Of a DNA stretch of 64,000 bases, positions 37,025-47,031 are shown in pieces. The notes below the pieces were generated by a model. The model was not told the DNA's origin and did not search any database. It saw only the letters and a program-made list of their open reading frames with translations. A program made the position numbers and the translations under genes. Location: assembly GCA_964394685.1 (NCBI GenBank), contig CAYMYO010000001.1:14-64013 (forward strand), in the 5' to 3' direction. Position 1 is the stretch's first letter; each line of letters starts with the position of its first letter. This stretch comes from an uncultured Gammaproteobacteria bacterium. Lineage in GTDB: Bacteria > Patescibacteriota > Microgenomatia > UBA10105 > UBA927.

Positions 37025-37911
37025 TGAATATCATTGGTACCGGCTTATCAGGATTGGTTGGATCGCGTGTTGTGGCCCTACTTTCAAATCACACATGTGA
37101 AGATTTGAGCTTAGAATCAGGAGTTGATATTACAAAATTTGATGAGGTAGAAAAAAGACTTACTGCCTCCACTGCTCCCTGGGTGCTTCATTTTGCGGCA
37201 TTTACTGATGTACAGGCAGCTGAAAAGGAAAAAGACAAAGGGAATGAGAGTATTTCATGGAAAGTGAACGTAGAAGCAACGAAAAACATTGCTTCACTAT
37301 GCCGGAGGCTCGGTAAACACATGCTGTATCTTTCAACAGATTATGTATTTGACGGTATTGCAGATTCATATAATGAAGAAGCGGTTGGTAATCCACAGGG
37401 GTGGTATGCGAAAACGAAATATGAGGGGGAGAAGATCGTAAAAGATTTGAAAGATTGTGGATTAGTAGTAAGGATTGCTAATCCTTACAGGGCAAATTCC
37501 AGTTGCCTGCCTGCCGGCAGGCAGGGCAAAAAGGATTTTATGCATAAGATCTTAGAAAGACTGCAACAAGGGCTTCCTATTGCAGCTCCCACCAATCAAA
37601 AAATGACAGCTACGTATATTGATGATTTAGCACATGGAATCGAGAAATTGATATCGATAAATGCCACAGGGGTATATAACATTCCCGGAGCTGATAGTTT
37701 TTCTCCATACGAAGGAGCCACGATGATTGCAGAAGTGTTTGGAATAGACCAAAAAAATATCTCACAAACAACATTTGAGGAATATTTTGCAAATCGTGCT
37801 CCGATTCCGCAATATGGAGTACTGACGCATGATAAAATTGAATCTCTCGGGATAAAGGTTCATACATTCCGTGAGGGATTAATTGAAATTAAACGGATGG
37901 AGGAGAAATAA
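37024..37911 (+). CDS. rmlD: dTDP-4-dehydrorhamnose reductase
   Basis: G.SGLVG, AAFTDV..AE, STDYVFDG, YAKTK. Confidence 0.88.
   Translation: MNIIGTGLSGLVGSRVVALLSNHTCEDLSLESGVDITKFDEVEKRLTASTAPWVLHFAAFTDVQAAEKEKDKGNESISWKVNVEATKNIASLCRRLGKHMLYLSTDYVFDGIADSYNEEAVGNPQGWYAKTKYEGEKIVKDLKDCGLVVRIANPYRANSSCLPAGRQGKKDFMHKILERLQQGLPIAAPTNQKMTATYIDDLAHGIEKLISINATGVYNIPGADSFSPYEGATMIAEVFGIDQKNISQTTFEEYFANRAPIPQYGVLTHDKIESLGIKVHTFREGLIEIKRMEEK
37506..37525. repeat. perfect 20-bp GC-rich palindrome inside rmlD
   Basis: CCTGCCTGCCGGCAGGCAGG equals its own reverse complement; encodes (C)LPAGRQ(G). Confidence 0.85.
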
Positions 37912-37912
37912 T

Positions 37913-39211
37913 ATGACTATTTCTTTTATTGGACATGGATATGTGGGACTTGTCACTGCTGCGGTTTTTGCGGATTTAGGCAATACCGTTTGGGTAGTGG
38001 GAAGAACAAAGGAAAAAATTGAAACGTTAAAAAAAGGAATCGCAACGTTTTATGAACCGGGACTATCGGAACTTGTCAAACGGAATGTTGACGCAGGGAG
38101 ACTGTTGTTTACCCTTGAGTATCATGAAGCAGTAGGGCCTTCAGAAATTATTTTTATTGCTGTTGGAACTCCGCCAAAGGAAAATGGAGAAGCCGATTTA
38201 ACAGAAGTGTTTAATGCGGCACGGGAAATAGGAAAAAATCTTTCGGGATATAAAGTAGTTTCGGTTAAAAGTACGGTTCCGCCTGGAACAAACAAAAAAG
38301 TAGCAGCAATAGTGGATGAGGTAAAACCAACGGGTTCATCATTTGCTATTGCTTCAGTACCGGAATTTTTGCGTCAAGGACAGGCAATTGCTGATACGAT
38401 GCACCCGCAACGGGTAGTCATTGGAACAACGTCTGATAGAGCGCAAAAGTTACTCGTGGATCTCCATAAGCCAATTAACACGAAAATAGTCTTATGTAAT
38501 GTCGAAACAGCTGAACTTATTAAATACGCTGCTAATTCGATGTTGTCAGTGAAAATTTCTTTCGCCAATGCGATGGCCATCTTGTCTGAAAAAGTTGGAG
38601 CTGATGTAGAAAAAGTACTTGATGGTGTTGGGCTGGACCAGCGAATTGGAAGAAGTTTTTTATATCCTGGAGTTGGATATGGGGGAAGTTGTTTCCCAAA
38701 AGATGTGAAAGCATTAATTACAATAGGAAAAGAGTATGGATATGATTTTACGCTTCTAAAAGCAACAGATGCGATCAATGATGAAGCCAGGTTGCATTTT
38801 ATAGAGAAAATTCAAAATCATTTTCATGGAAAGTTACAAGGAAAAACAATTGCTGTTTTGGGTCTTTCATTTAAACCAGATACCGATGACATGCGGTTTG
38901 CGCCATCAGTCACCATCATAGAAGTCCTGACAATGGGCGGAGCAAAGGTAGTTGTATATGATCCGGTTGCAATAGAAAACGCAAAAAAGGTATTACCCAA
39001 GAATGTTATATTTGCAGCTTCTTCATATGATGCGGTAAAGGACGCTGATGCGGTCGCGGTTCTTACGGAGTGGAATGAGTTTCGGCAGTTGGATATGGTG
39101 AAAATCGCTAAGGGGTTAAAAGAACGGGTATTATTTGACGGACGGAATATCTATGATCCTCAAACCATGAAGGATTTGGGGTATACCTACTATGGAGTAG
39201 GTCGGATGTGA
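37913..39211 (+). CDS. ugd: UDP-glucose/GDP-mannose 6-dehydrogenase
   Basis: G.GYVGL, KSTVPPGT, PEFLR.G, GYGGSCFPKD, FKPDTDD. Confidence 0.94.
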   Translation: MTISFIGHGYVGLVTAAVFADLGNTVWVVGRTKEKIETLKKGIATFYEPGLSELVKRNVDAGRLLFTLEYHEAVGPSEIIFIAVGTPPKENGEADLTEVFNAAREIGKNLSGYKVVSVKSTVPPGTNKKVAAIVDEVKPTGSSFAIASVPEFLRQGQAIADTMHPQRVVIGTTSDRAQKLLVDLHKPINTKIVLCNVETAELIKYAANSMLSVKISFANAMAILSEKVGADVEKVLDGVGLDQRIGRSFLYPGVGYGGSCFPKDVKALITIGKEYGYDFTLLKATDAINDEARLHFIEKIQNHFHGKLQGKTIAVLGLSFKPDTDDMRFAPSVTIIEVLTMGGAKVVVYDPVAIENAKKVLPKNVIFAASSYDAVKDADAVAVLTEWNEFRQLDMVKIAKGLKERVLFDGRNIYDPQTMKDLGYTYYGVGRM

Positions 39212-39227
39212 TGTATAATATATACAT

Positions 39228-40187
39228 ATGATTATAAAAAAGGCACTTATAACAGGTATTGCAGGATTTGTCGGAAGTCATTTGGCGGAACTCCTCTTAT
39301 CAAAGGGATTTGAAGTATATGGGTTATCAAGGCCCAGGTCAAGAATGGATCATATTGAAGCAATTAAAGATAAACTTCATCTTGAAGATGCTGATATATT
39401 AGATTCCCATAGTTTATACGGAACAATATCCCGCATCAAACCGGATTATATATTTCACCTTGCTGCTCAGTCATTTGTTCCCACTTCTTGGGTGTCTCCA
39501 TCTGTAACTTTAGAAGTCAATATTATTGGGTCTGCGAATTTATTCGAAGCAGCCCGTCAGGCAAAGATTGATTGTACAATCCAAATTGCGTGTTCATCAG
39601 AAGAATATGGGTTAGTGCATCCGGATGAGACTCCTATTAAAGAAACAAATCCTCTTCGTCCGCAAAGTCCATACGGAGTATCAAAAGTAGCAATGGACTA
39701 TCTTGGATATCAGTATTTTTGTTCCTATGGTATGAAAATTATCCGAACCCGTGGCTTTAATCACACAGGACCCAGACGTGGAGAAACGTTCGTAACATCA
39801 AATTTTGCAAAGCAAATTGCGATGATTGAAAAAGGAAAACAAGAACCCGTTATGAAAGTAGGCAATGTAGAGGCAATCCGCGATTGGACAGATGTTCGGG
39901 ATATGGTAAAAGGATATTTGCTTTCGGTTGAAAGATGCGATGCAGGAGATGTATATAATATCTGTACTGGAAAAGGGGTAAAAGTACAAGACATGTTACA
40001 TATACTTCTTGGTATGAGTAAGGCTAAAGTTGAAATTATTCAAGATCCAAGCCGCATGCGTCCGTCCGAAGTTCCAGTTCTTGTTGGAGATAACTCCAAA
40101 TTTGTTGCAAAAACAGGTTGGAAGCCGGAAATACCATTTGAAAAAACAATGGAAGACCTTCTTAATTATTGGAGAGAACGGGTATAA
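39228..40187 (+). CDS. GDP-mannose 4,6-dehydratase / GDP-4-keto-6-deoxymannose reductase family SDR
   Basis: TGIAGFVG, HLAAQSFV, SPYGVSK, FNHTGPR, RDWTDVRD. Confidence 0.88.
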   Translation: MIIKKALITGIAGFVGSHLAELLLSKGFEVYGLSRPRSRMDHIEAIKDKLHLEDADILDSHSLYGTISRIKPDYIFHLAAQSFVPTSWVSPSVTLEVNIIGSANLFEAARQAKIDCTIQIACSSEEYGLVHPDETPIKETNPLRPQSPYGVSKVAMDYLGYQYFCSYGMKIIRTRGFNHTGPRRGETFVTSNFAKQIAMIEKGKQEPVMKVGNVEAIRDWTDVRDMVKGYLLSVERCDAGDVYNICTGKGVKVQDMLHILLGMSKAKVEIIQDPSRMRPSEVPVLVGDNSKFVAKTGWKPEIPFEKTMEDLLNYWRERV

Positions 40188-40192
40188 ACGGT

Positions 40193-41314
40193 ATGAATCT
40201 GGTTATTATCCTTCCCACGTATAATGAGCGGGAAAATATCGAAACTTTACTTGATGCTCTTCATAAAGAAGCGAAGGATATTTCACACCACACATTTCTC
40301 TATCTAATTGTTGATGACTTTTCCCCTGATGGTACAGGGAATATTATACGAACCTACCAAAAAAAACATAAAGATACATATCTTTTAGAAGAAAAAAAGG
40401 AAGGACTTGGCAAAGCGCTTCTTCGAGGAATGACGTACGCGGTAGACAAATTGCATGCGGATTTTATTCTCCAAATGGACTGTGATTTATCGCATGACCC
40501 TGCGAGAGTTCCTGCATTTATTAAAGAAGTTGATAAGGGTGCAGATTTTGTGGTCGGAAGCCGATATATCAAAGGTGGATCAATTCCATCCAATTGGGGA
40601 ATTCATCGAAAAATATTTAGCGTTGCTGGTAATGCCATTGTTCGGTTTGGACTTGGATATAGCCATGTTCATGATTGGACAGGTGGATTTCGGGCTTATG
40701 CAGTGAAATATTATTACGAATTAAAAGATCAGATGGAAGCGTATGGAGGGTATGTATTTCAAATAGCGTTTTTACATAAAGCAATTTCCCATGGAGCCCA
40801 TGTCGTTGAAGTTCCCATTCATTTTACGGATCGTAAATTCGGTCATTCAAAAATTGCACCGGCTGAATATATCAAAAACGTTTTGCTGTATGTGGGAACT
40901 GCACGGTTACAGGCCATTGTGCGTGGCCCCTTTGGGAAGTTTCTGATTGTCGGTGGATTTGGATTTGTTATTAACGCTGGATTGCTTGTTATTCTTCGTG
41001 AATGGATGGGGTTGTCGCCAACAATTGCCAACCTTATCGGAGCAGCTGCAGCTATATTTTCTAATTTTAATTTGAACAATGTATGGACGTTTAAAAAAAA
41101 GAAAATTATTTCTTTTGGTACGTATTTGGCAAAATTAGCTCAATTTTATGGAACCTCACTATTTGGAGTTATTGTTATACAAACAGGAACGATCGCTCTT
41201 GGAGTGAGACTGTTCGGAGATAGTCAATATTTTATCTATTTCTTGGTTGGAACCGCATCTCTTCTTATTTGGAATTACACCATGTATTCAAAAATTATCT
41301 GGAAAAAAAAGTGA
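40193..41314 (+). CDS. polyprenol-phosphate glycosyltransferase (DPM1-like GT2) fused to a GtrA flippase-like domain
   Basis: PTYNE, DDFSPDGT, MDCDLSHDP, GSRY; C-terminal KFLIVG...NF.LNN.WTF. Confidence 0.9.
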   Translation: MNLVIILPTYNERENIETLLDALHKEAKDISHHTFLYLIVDDFSPDGTGNIIRTYQKKHKDTYLLEEKKEGLGKALLRGMTYAVDKLHADFILQMDCDLSHDPARVPAFIKEVDKGADFVVGSRYIKGGSIPSNWGIHRKIFSVAGNAIVRFGLGYSHVHDWTGGFRAYAVKYYYELKDQMEAYGGYVFQIAFLHKAISHGAHVVEVPIHFTDRKFGHSKIAPAEYIKNVLLYVGTARLQAIVRGPFGKFLIVGGFGFVINAGLLVILREWMGLSPTIANLIGAAAAIFSNFNLNNVWTFKKKKIISFGTYLAKLAQFYGTSLFGVIVIQTGTIALGVRLFGDSQYFIYFLVGTASLLIWNYTMYSKIIWKKK

Positions 41315-41322
41315 TTTGTCAT

Positions 41323-42849
41323 ATGAAACACTTTCTACGATTATTCGTACCATACGTACCTATTCTAGTGATTCTCATTCTTGCAGCATATCTACGTCTC
41401 TATAGAATTGCCGATTATATGACGTTTTTAGGGGACGAAGGACGGGACGTACTCATTGTAAAACGGATGATTGTCGACCAAAAGTTTACTCTCCTTGGTC
41501 CGACAGCGTCAGTTGGCGGATTTTTCATGGGTCCTATTTATTACTATTTTATGCTTCCGTTTCTCTGGGCATGGAATTTAAACCCCGTAGGACCCGCGAT
41601 CATGGTGGCATTATTTGGAATAGCAACAGTGTTTCTGGTTTATTATGTCGGTAAGCAATGGTTTTCAAAACCCGTTGCCTTGATTGCTTCGCTTTTATAC
41701 GCCATTTCTCCAATTGTTATTGCATATTCCCGTTCATCCTGGAATCCCAATATCGTTCCGTTTTTTGCATTACTGTCAATGTATTTACTAGGAAAAGCAA
41801 TTTTAAAAACACAGTATAACCTTTTATTTTGGGTTGGGTTATGCGCAGGCATTGGAGTACAGTTGCATTACATTTATTTGTTTCTCATTCTCACGCAAGG
41901 AGCACTCCTTGGGATTCATTACCGAAAATTGAATTTTATTCATATTCTTTATCTCATTTTAGGATTTTGTCTGGGATTTTCACCATTTCTCGCGTTTGAA
42001 CTTCGTCATGGATTTACCAACTCGCGTGCCATTTTGGAGTTTGTATTTGCTGGAAAAGATACCGGTTTTCAGTGGCATCAATTCATCGGAAATATTCAAG
42101 ATGTGTCCACGAGATTATTCGGTCGATTTATCATTCGGATTCCAGAGGCAGGCGCTCTGGGGAATTTACCATCAGGAGTTCGTGATCCATGGCGGACCTC
42201 CCAATCACTTCTAACTATTGGAGGAATGATCGCACTTGTTATTTTATGGATTCGTGCAAGAAGAACGATTATACCTTCTCTTTTCGCTGGTTGGTTATTT
42301 ATCCCCTTATTATTTTTTGGAATTTACAAAAAAAATATATATGACTATTATTTTGGAATTTTTTTTCCGATTCCATTTTATCTTACGGCTCTTTGTATTA
42401 TTGACATTGCAAAAATTAAATATATAGGAAAAGTTCTTGCAGTTGGTATCTTTGCTTACCTCGTTGTTTTCAACTGGCAGGGACGACCGTTTCGCTATGA
42501 GTCAAATAGACAACTTGCGCAGGTAGAGATGATTTCAAAAGCTATTGTTGAAAAAACAGATAATAAACCGTTTAATTTCGCGCTTATTACGACCGGTAAT
42601 TCTGATCATGCGTACAGATACTTTTTTGAAATATGGAAAAAGTCGCCGCTTATTATTGAAAATAGCGTTGTGGATCCAGATAGAAAGACTGTAGCGAGTC
42701 AACTGTTAATTGTTTGCGAAGATATTTTTTGTCAGCCGCTTGGTAACTCTCTTTGGGAAGTAGCGGGATTTGGAAGAGCGGAGATTGCTGGTGTTTGGGA
42801 CGTCAGTGTTGTTAAAATATACAAGCTAGTTCATTATAAAGGACAATAG
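41323..42849 (+). CDS. GT-C fold glycosyltransferase (ArnT/PMT-like)
   Basis: GDEGRD loop after TM1, GPIYYY, SR..WNPN; multiple TMs. Confidence 0.82.
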   Translation: MKHFLRLFVPYVPILVILILAAYLRLYRIADYMTFLGDEGRDVLIVKRMIVDQKFTLLGPTASVGGFFMGPIYYYFMLPFLWAWNLNPVGPAIMVALFGIATVFLVYYVGKQWFSKPVALIASLLYAISPIVIAYSRSSWNPNIVPFFALLSMYLLGKAILKTQYNLLFWVGLCAGIGVQLHYIYLFLILTQGALLGIHYRKLNFIHILYLILGFCLGFSPFLAFELRHGFTNSRAILEFVFAGKDTGFQWHQFIGNIQDVSTRLFGRFIIRIPEAGALGNLPSGVRDPWRTSQSLLTIGGMIALVILWIRARRTIIPSLFAGWLFIPLLFFGIYKKNIYDYYFGIFFPIPFYLTALCIIDIAKIKYIGKVLAVGIFAYLVVFNWQGRPFRYESNRQLAQVEMISKAIVEKTDNKPFNFALITTGNSDHAYRYFFEIWKKSPLIIENSVVDPDRKTVASQLLIVCEDIFCQPLGNSLWEVAGFGRAEIAGVWDVSVVKIYKLVHYKGQ

Positions 42850-42853
42850 GCGC

Positions 42854-43609
42854 ATGAAACCAATATATTTGAGTGTCATTATTCCGGCATACAACGAAGA
42901 AACAAATATCAGGTTGGGAGCTATTGATAAGGTGGCTAGGTACTTAGAAGATCAACCATATTCTTGGGAAGTGATTGTTGTAAACGATGGGTCAAGCGAT
43001 AGAACTGCAGCACTTATCTCAGAATTCAGTAAAAAGAATTTTCGGTTTCGGCTTATTGATAATCCACATCAGGGAAAAGCTGGTACGGTTATGACCGGAG
43101 TTGCGGAAGCAAAAGGAGAGATTGTTCTTTTTAGCGATCTTGATCAAGCAACTCCTATTAAAGAAATAGAAAAATTATTACCATGGTTTGCCCAAGGATA
43201 TGATGTTGTCATCGGATCAAGGAAAGGACAGCGGGAGGGTGCTCCATTTTCAAGACGCCTTATGGCACGCGGATTTATGCTTCTTCGCACCATCATCTTA
43301 GGTCTGAAAGGGATATCTGATACTCAGTGCGGGTTTAAAGCATTTACCCAAAAAGCTTCGAAGATTATTTTTCATCGCCTAGCATTATATGGTCATCATA
43401 AAACAGTAACAGGCGCGATGGTGACTGCTGGATTTGATGTAGAACTTCTTTTTTTGGCGAAATCGTTTGGATATAAAATAAAAGAAGTACCTGTCGAATG
43501 GCATTATGTTGAAACTCGGCGAGTCAGCCCCATCAAAGATTCTTGGGAAGGATTAATGGATATCATTCGAATTCGTATGAATGCATGGAGAGATTTGTAT
43601 AAACAATAA
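42854..43609 (+). CDS. dolichyl/polyprenyl-phosphate glucosyltransferase-like GT2
   Basis: IPAYNE, NDGSSD, GKAG, DLD, DTQCGFK, FDVE. Confidence 0.9.
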   Translation: MKPIYLSVIIPAYNEETNIRLGAIDKVARYLEDQPYSWEVIVVNDGSSDRTAALISEFSKKNFRFRLIDNPHQGKAGTVMTGVAEAKGEIVLFSDLDQATPIKEIEKLLPWFAQGYDVVIGSRKGQREGAPFSRRLMARGFMLLRTIILGLKGISDTQCGFKAFTQKASKIIFHRLALYGHHKTVTGAMVTAGFDVELLFLAKSFGYKIKEVPVEWHYVETRRVSPIKDSWEGLMDIIRIRMNAWRDLYKQ

Positions 43610-43616
43610 AAATTTT

Positions 43617-44759
43617 ATGGGTGTTGTTATCCTATATGGCGTCCTTGCTATTACTCTTCTGTTGTATTCATTCACGCAAGTTGATTTAGGAATGACGTTA
43701 ACACAAGCCAGTATTTGGCAGGGTATTCAGAAACAATTTCAATATATTGGATTTTTTAATCGACCATTATCAACAGTACTGTTTATTTCACTTCTCAGTG
43801 CGTATTTTTTGGCGTACGTTGGAGTTTTGTGGGGGATACAGAAAAAGAAAATTTCTTCAAAAACTATGTGGGTGGCGATTCTCGTTACAGCCGGAATTTT
43901 GGTTTTTTCTTACCCCGCTTTTTCCTATGATTTATTCAATCATATGTTTACCGCCAAAACCGTTCTCGTATATCACAAAAATCCTTATCTTGTTACACCG
44001 CTTCAATTTGCAGGTGTTGATCCTTGGCTATCGTTTATGCACTGGACACACGTAACGAGTATTTATAGCCCGTTATGGATTATTATGACGTTATTTCCGT
44101 ATGTGTTTGGATTTGGATATTTTCTTCTCCTTCTATGGAATTTTAAAATACTCATCGTTTCCTTTTATCTTCTCGCTGTATGGTCCATTGGAAAGATATT
44201 AGAAAAAGATGGGAAAATTGCACAATTAACCGGTATTGCGGTATTTGCACTTAATCCGCTCGTTATTATTGAGAGCATGGTAAGTGCACATAATGACATT
44301 GTTATGATGGGGTTAGCACTTTTTGCAATTGTAATCTATGGAAACAAAAATAAAGTAACATCTTTTTTTCTTCTTGCCTCATCAATAGCAATAAAATTAA
44401 TGACGATATTTCTCATCCCCGCGTATCTTGTTTGGTGGAATCGAACGATTGCTCTTGTGGCTATGGTGATTGGACTAGTTCTCGTATTGACAGAGCGGGA
44501 AATAATGGCATGGTATCTTTTATGGATTTTACCTTTTATTGCACTGTTTCCAACAAAATGGAATCTAATTATCCTAACGAGCGGCTTATCGTTGGGAATA
44601 CAGCTGCGATATGCACCATTTTTGTACTATGGGAACTGGAATAGTCCGGTTCCTCAGATTAAAATATGGGTAACGGCTATTCCAATTGCAATAACCATCA
44701 TTGTTGCTATCGTAAGATTTACGCTTTCGAAACGAAATATCCGTTATTTTTTTGACTAG
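43617..44759 (+). CDS. GT-C membrane glycosyltransferase (GT87/MptA-like)
   Basis: SYDLFN, NPY..TP, YSPLW, LNPLVIIE...AHND. Confidence 0.75.
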   Translation: MGVVILYGVLAITLLLYSFTQVDLGMTLTQASIWQGIQKQFQYIGFFNRPLSTVLFISLLSAYFLAYVGVLWGIQKKKISSKTMWVAILVTAGILVFSYPAFSYDLFNHMFTAKTVLVYHKNPYLVTPLQFAGVDPWLSFMHWTHVTSIYSPLWIIMTLFPYVFGFGYFLLLLWNFKILIVSFYLLAVWSIGKILEKDGKIAQLTGIAVFALNPLVIIESMVSAHNDIVMMGLALFAIVIYGNKNKVTSFFLLASSIAIKLMTIFLIPAYLVWWNRTIALVAMVIGLVLVLTEREIMAWYLLWILPFIALFPTKWNLIILTSGLSLGIQLRYAPFLYYGNWNSPVPQIKIWVTAIPIAITIIVAIVRFTLSKRNIRYFFD

Positions 44760-47028
44760 ATATTTAACTGTGATAAAAAGAATTTTTCTATTCGTTTTTT
44801 TATTCACAATCTTTTTCTCCTTTTTTTCTGGAGATTTGAAAGCTCAAGGGAATTCCACACAACCCGCAATTACAATAATTAACCTTATTCGCGGAAATGG
44901 ACTTGGACACGAAACAGACGATTTACTTACGAGTCTCAAAGCCCAATGGCAGGTTACAAAGGAGGCGGATGTTCGTGCAACGTGGTTATTCCAATATGGG
45001 GCACTTGAGAATGCTGGTATGACTGAATTTGTTAAAAGCGAGATGAAAGATCAGGAATTCGGATTGTTGTTCGAAATTGACAGAAATTATGCCGAGAAGG
45101 CTCATGTCCAGTTTCGGGGAAAAGAAGCATGGTATTTTTCTGACGGATTATTATTGAGCTCTTATGATCGGAACGAAAGACGAAAAATGATAGATGCTGC
45201 GTTTTCTAAATTTAGGAAAATTTTTGGCTATTATCCCAAAACAGTCGGTGCATGGTGGATCGGCGGAGATTCACTTTTCTATATGCAGAAAAAGTATGGG
45301 ATTACTGCGGCGCTTCGGGCGGCGGATCAATTTAATTTAGATTTTTATTCGATTTGGGGAACTCCGTGGAATATCCCATACCTTTCTTCTAAAGTTAATG
45401 AGGGAATACCGGCAGCTTCATATGAAGAAAGTGCAAAGGTTGTGATTTTGCAATGGGCAATACGGGACCCATTGAAGGGGTATGCAGATGCGACATATAG
45501 TTTGCAGGATTATTCGATGAAAGGATATTCAGCAGAGTATGTTGATTATCTCGCTTCAATTTTTTTGCTGAAACCCTTTGGAAATATTGTCATGGGACTC
45601 GAGAATGGCGGAACGCTTGAGATGTTTCAACAATCATATAAGGGAATGTTAAATAAAGCCAAGGAGATTCAAGCATCCGGAAAAGCAAATATAGTGCTGG
45701 CACGGGACTATGCTCAGAATTTTCTCGCGCAAAAAAAAGTATTTGCAGGAAGAACATATTTTCTTTCTACAGATTACGATTCTAATAATCAATCATTCTG
45801 GTATACGTCAGAAAATTATAGGGTAGCAGTGCATAAAATTAACGATGCGGTATATTTAGTTGATTTACGAAATTATGTTACAAAAACAGAAGAAGATTTT
45901 AACATCCTTCCGAATAGTCAGGGTCATTTACGAATAAACGGGCCGGAAATAATTGATTCAATGAGATTTCCCGATAATAGAATGTTAATCAAAATCACGA
46001 AAGAACCACTTTCTATCAAAGAAAAAGATAAAGAAGTGGCACTGTATGCGGGAAATGATGAAATTGCTTATTTTACTTCAACGGGATGTACGTTGTATCT
46101 GGAAAACAATAATGAGAAACATTTTTATTTTAATCAGGAAAAATTAAGAATACTTCCTATACAAATTATAATCTCTCTTTACATTCTATATTTTATTGTT
46201 CTTTATGTTTACAAAAAAAATATTCGTAACTTATTTAAAGAGTATGTATTGTTACTTTTTCCGCTTTTTCTTGCGTTTTCGTTATTAGTAAATAGTTCAA
46301 CCTTTCTTTTTGATAAAAAAGAGACACCATTGCTTCATTTGCTTTTTTCCTTAGACTTTTTGCCTGTTTTAGTTACTGTGTATTTAAGTAAAATCCTTCC
46401 GTTTATTATTCTTTTTGTTCTTCATTATCTATGCAGGAAGAAGTTTTTCTGGGGGTATTACTTAGTATTACTGTTGTTGTATATCCATGTGCCGTATTTT
46501 CCTCTTGATAAAACAACGTATATGTTTGTAGCAACATTTTTTATTGTTATTGCTATTGCGTTATTTGCTATTGCCTATTTTATATTCTTAAAGAATAAAT
46601 CGAAGAACATCGGTATGTTATGTATTATTACTCCCTTCATGACGCTCTTATATATTGCTGTAGCAGTTATTTTTTCAAGAAGCAGGTTGGCACTAACGAC
46701 ATACGAAATAAACGCACTGCAATTTATCAAAAATCAAAATAAAAGCGTATTGCATGTCGAACAGCTGAATTATTCCATAAAGCCAATATACAAAGCGGTT
46801 AAACCTCTCTTATATAAAAATTATCTTCTCGGACAAATGATAACCGATAAAAAATGGGAAATGGTTATTAGACCTGAAAACAATATTCTTAACATATCCA
46901 ATTATGACAATAAAATTATTGTTATCCCCAGATACATAGGTTCTGACATATCCGAGTATGAAATTAAGTTGTTAAACCTGAAAAAGATATTTGATAACGC
47001 TCAAATAGCACTATTTGAAAAAATATAA
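44752..47028 (+). CDS. large membrane protein with extracellular carbohydrate-esterase/hydrolase-like domain and multiple TMs
   Basis: ATWL..Y..L and F...FGYYPKTVGAW (NodB/GH57-like pattern), followed by a TM cluster. Confidence 0.55.
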   Translation: MTRYLTVIKRIFLFVFLFTIFFSFFSGDLKAQGNSTQPAITIINLIRGNGLGHETDDLLTSLKAQWQVTKEADVRATWLFQYGALENAGMTEFVKSEMKDQEFGLLFEIDRNYAEKAHVQFRGKEAWYFSDGLLLSSYDRNERRKMIDAAFSKFRKIFGYYPKTVGAWWIGGDSLFYMQKKYGITAALRAADQFNLDFYSIWGTPWNIPYLSSKVNEGIPAASYEESAKVVILQWAIRDPLKGYADATYSLQDYSMKGYSAEYVDYLASIFLLKPFGNIVMGLENGGTLEMFQQSYKGMLNKAKEIQASGKANIVLARDYAQNFLAQKKVFAGRTYFLSTDYDSNNQSFWYTSENYRVAVHKINDAVYLVDLRNYVTKTEEDFNILPNSQGHLRINGPEIIDSMRFPDNRMLIKITKEPLSIKEKDKEVALYAGNDEIAYFTSTGCTLYLENNNEKHFYFNQEKLRILPIQIIISLYILYFIVLYVYKKNIRNLFKEYVLLLFPLFLAFSLLVNSSTFLFDKKETPLLHLLFSLDFLPVLVTVYLSKILPFIILFVLHYLCRKKFFWGYYLVLLLLYIHVPYFPLDKTTYMFVATFFIVIAIALFAIAYFIFLKNKSKNIGMLCIITPFMTLLYIAVAVIFSRSRLALTTYEINALQFIKNQNKSVLHVEQLNYSIKPIYKAVKPLLYKNYLLGQMITDKKWEMVIRPENNILNISNYDNKIIVIPRYIGSDISEYEIKLLNLKKIFDNAQIALFEKI

Positions 47029-47031
47029 AGA

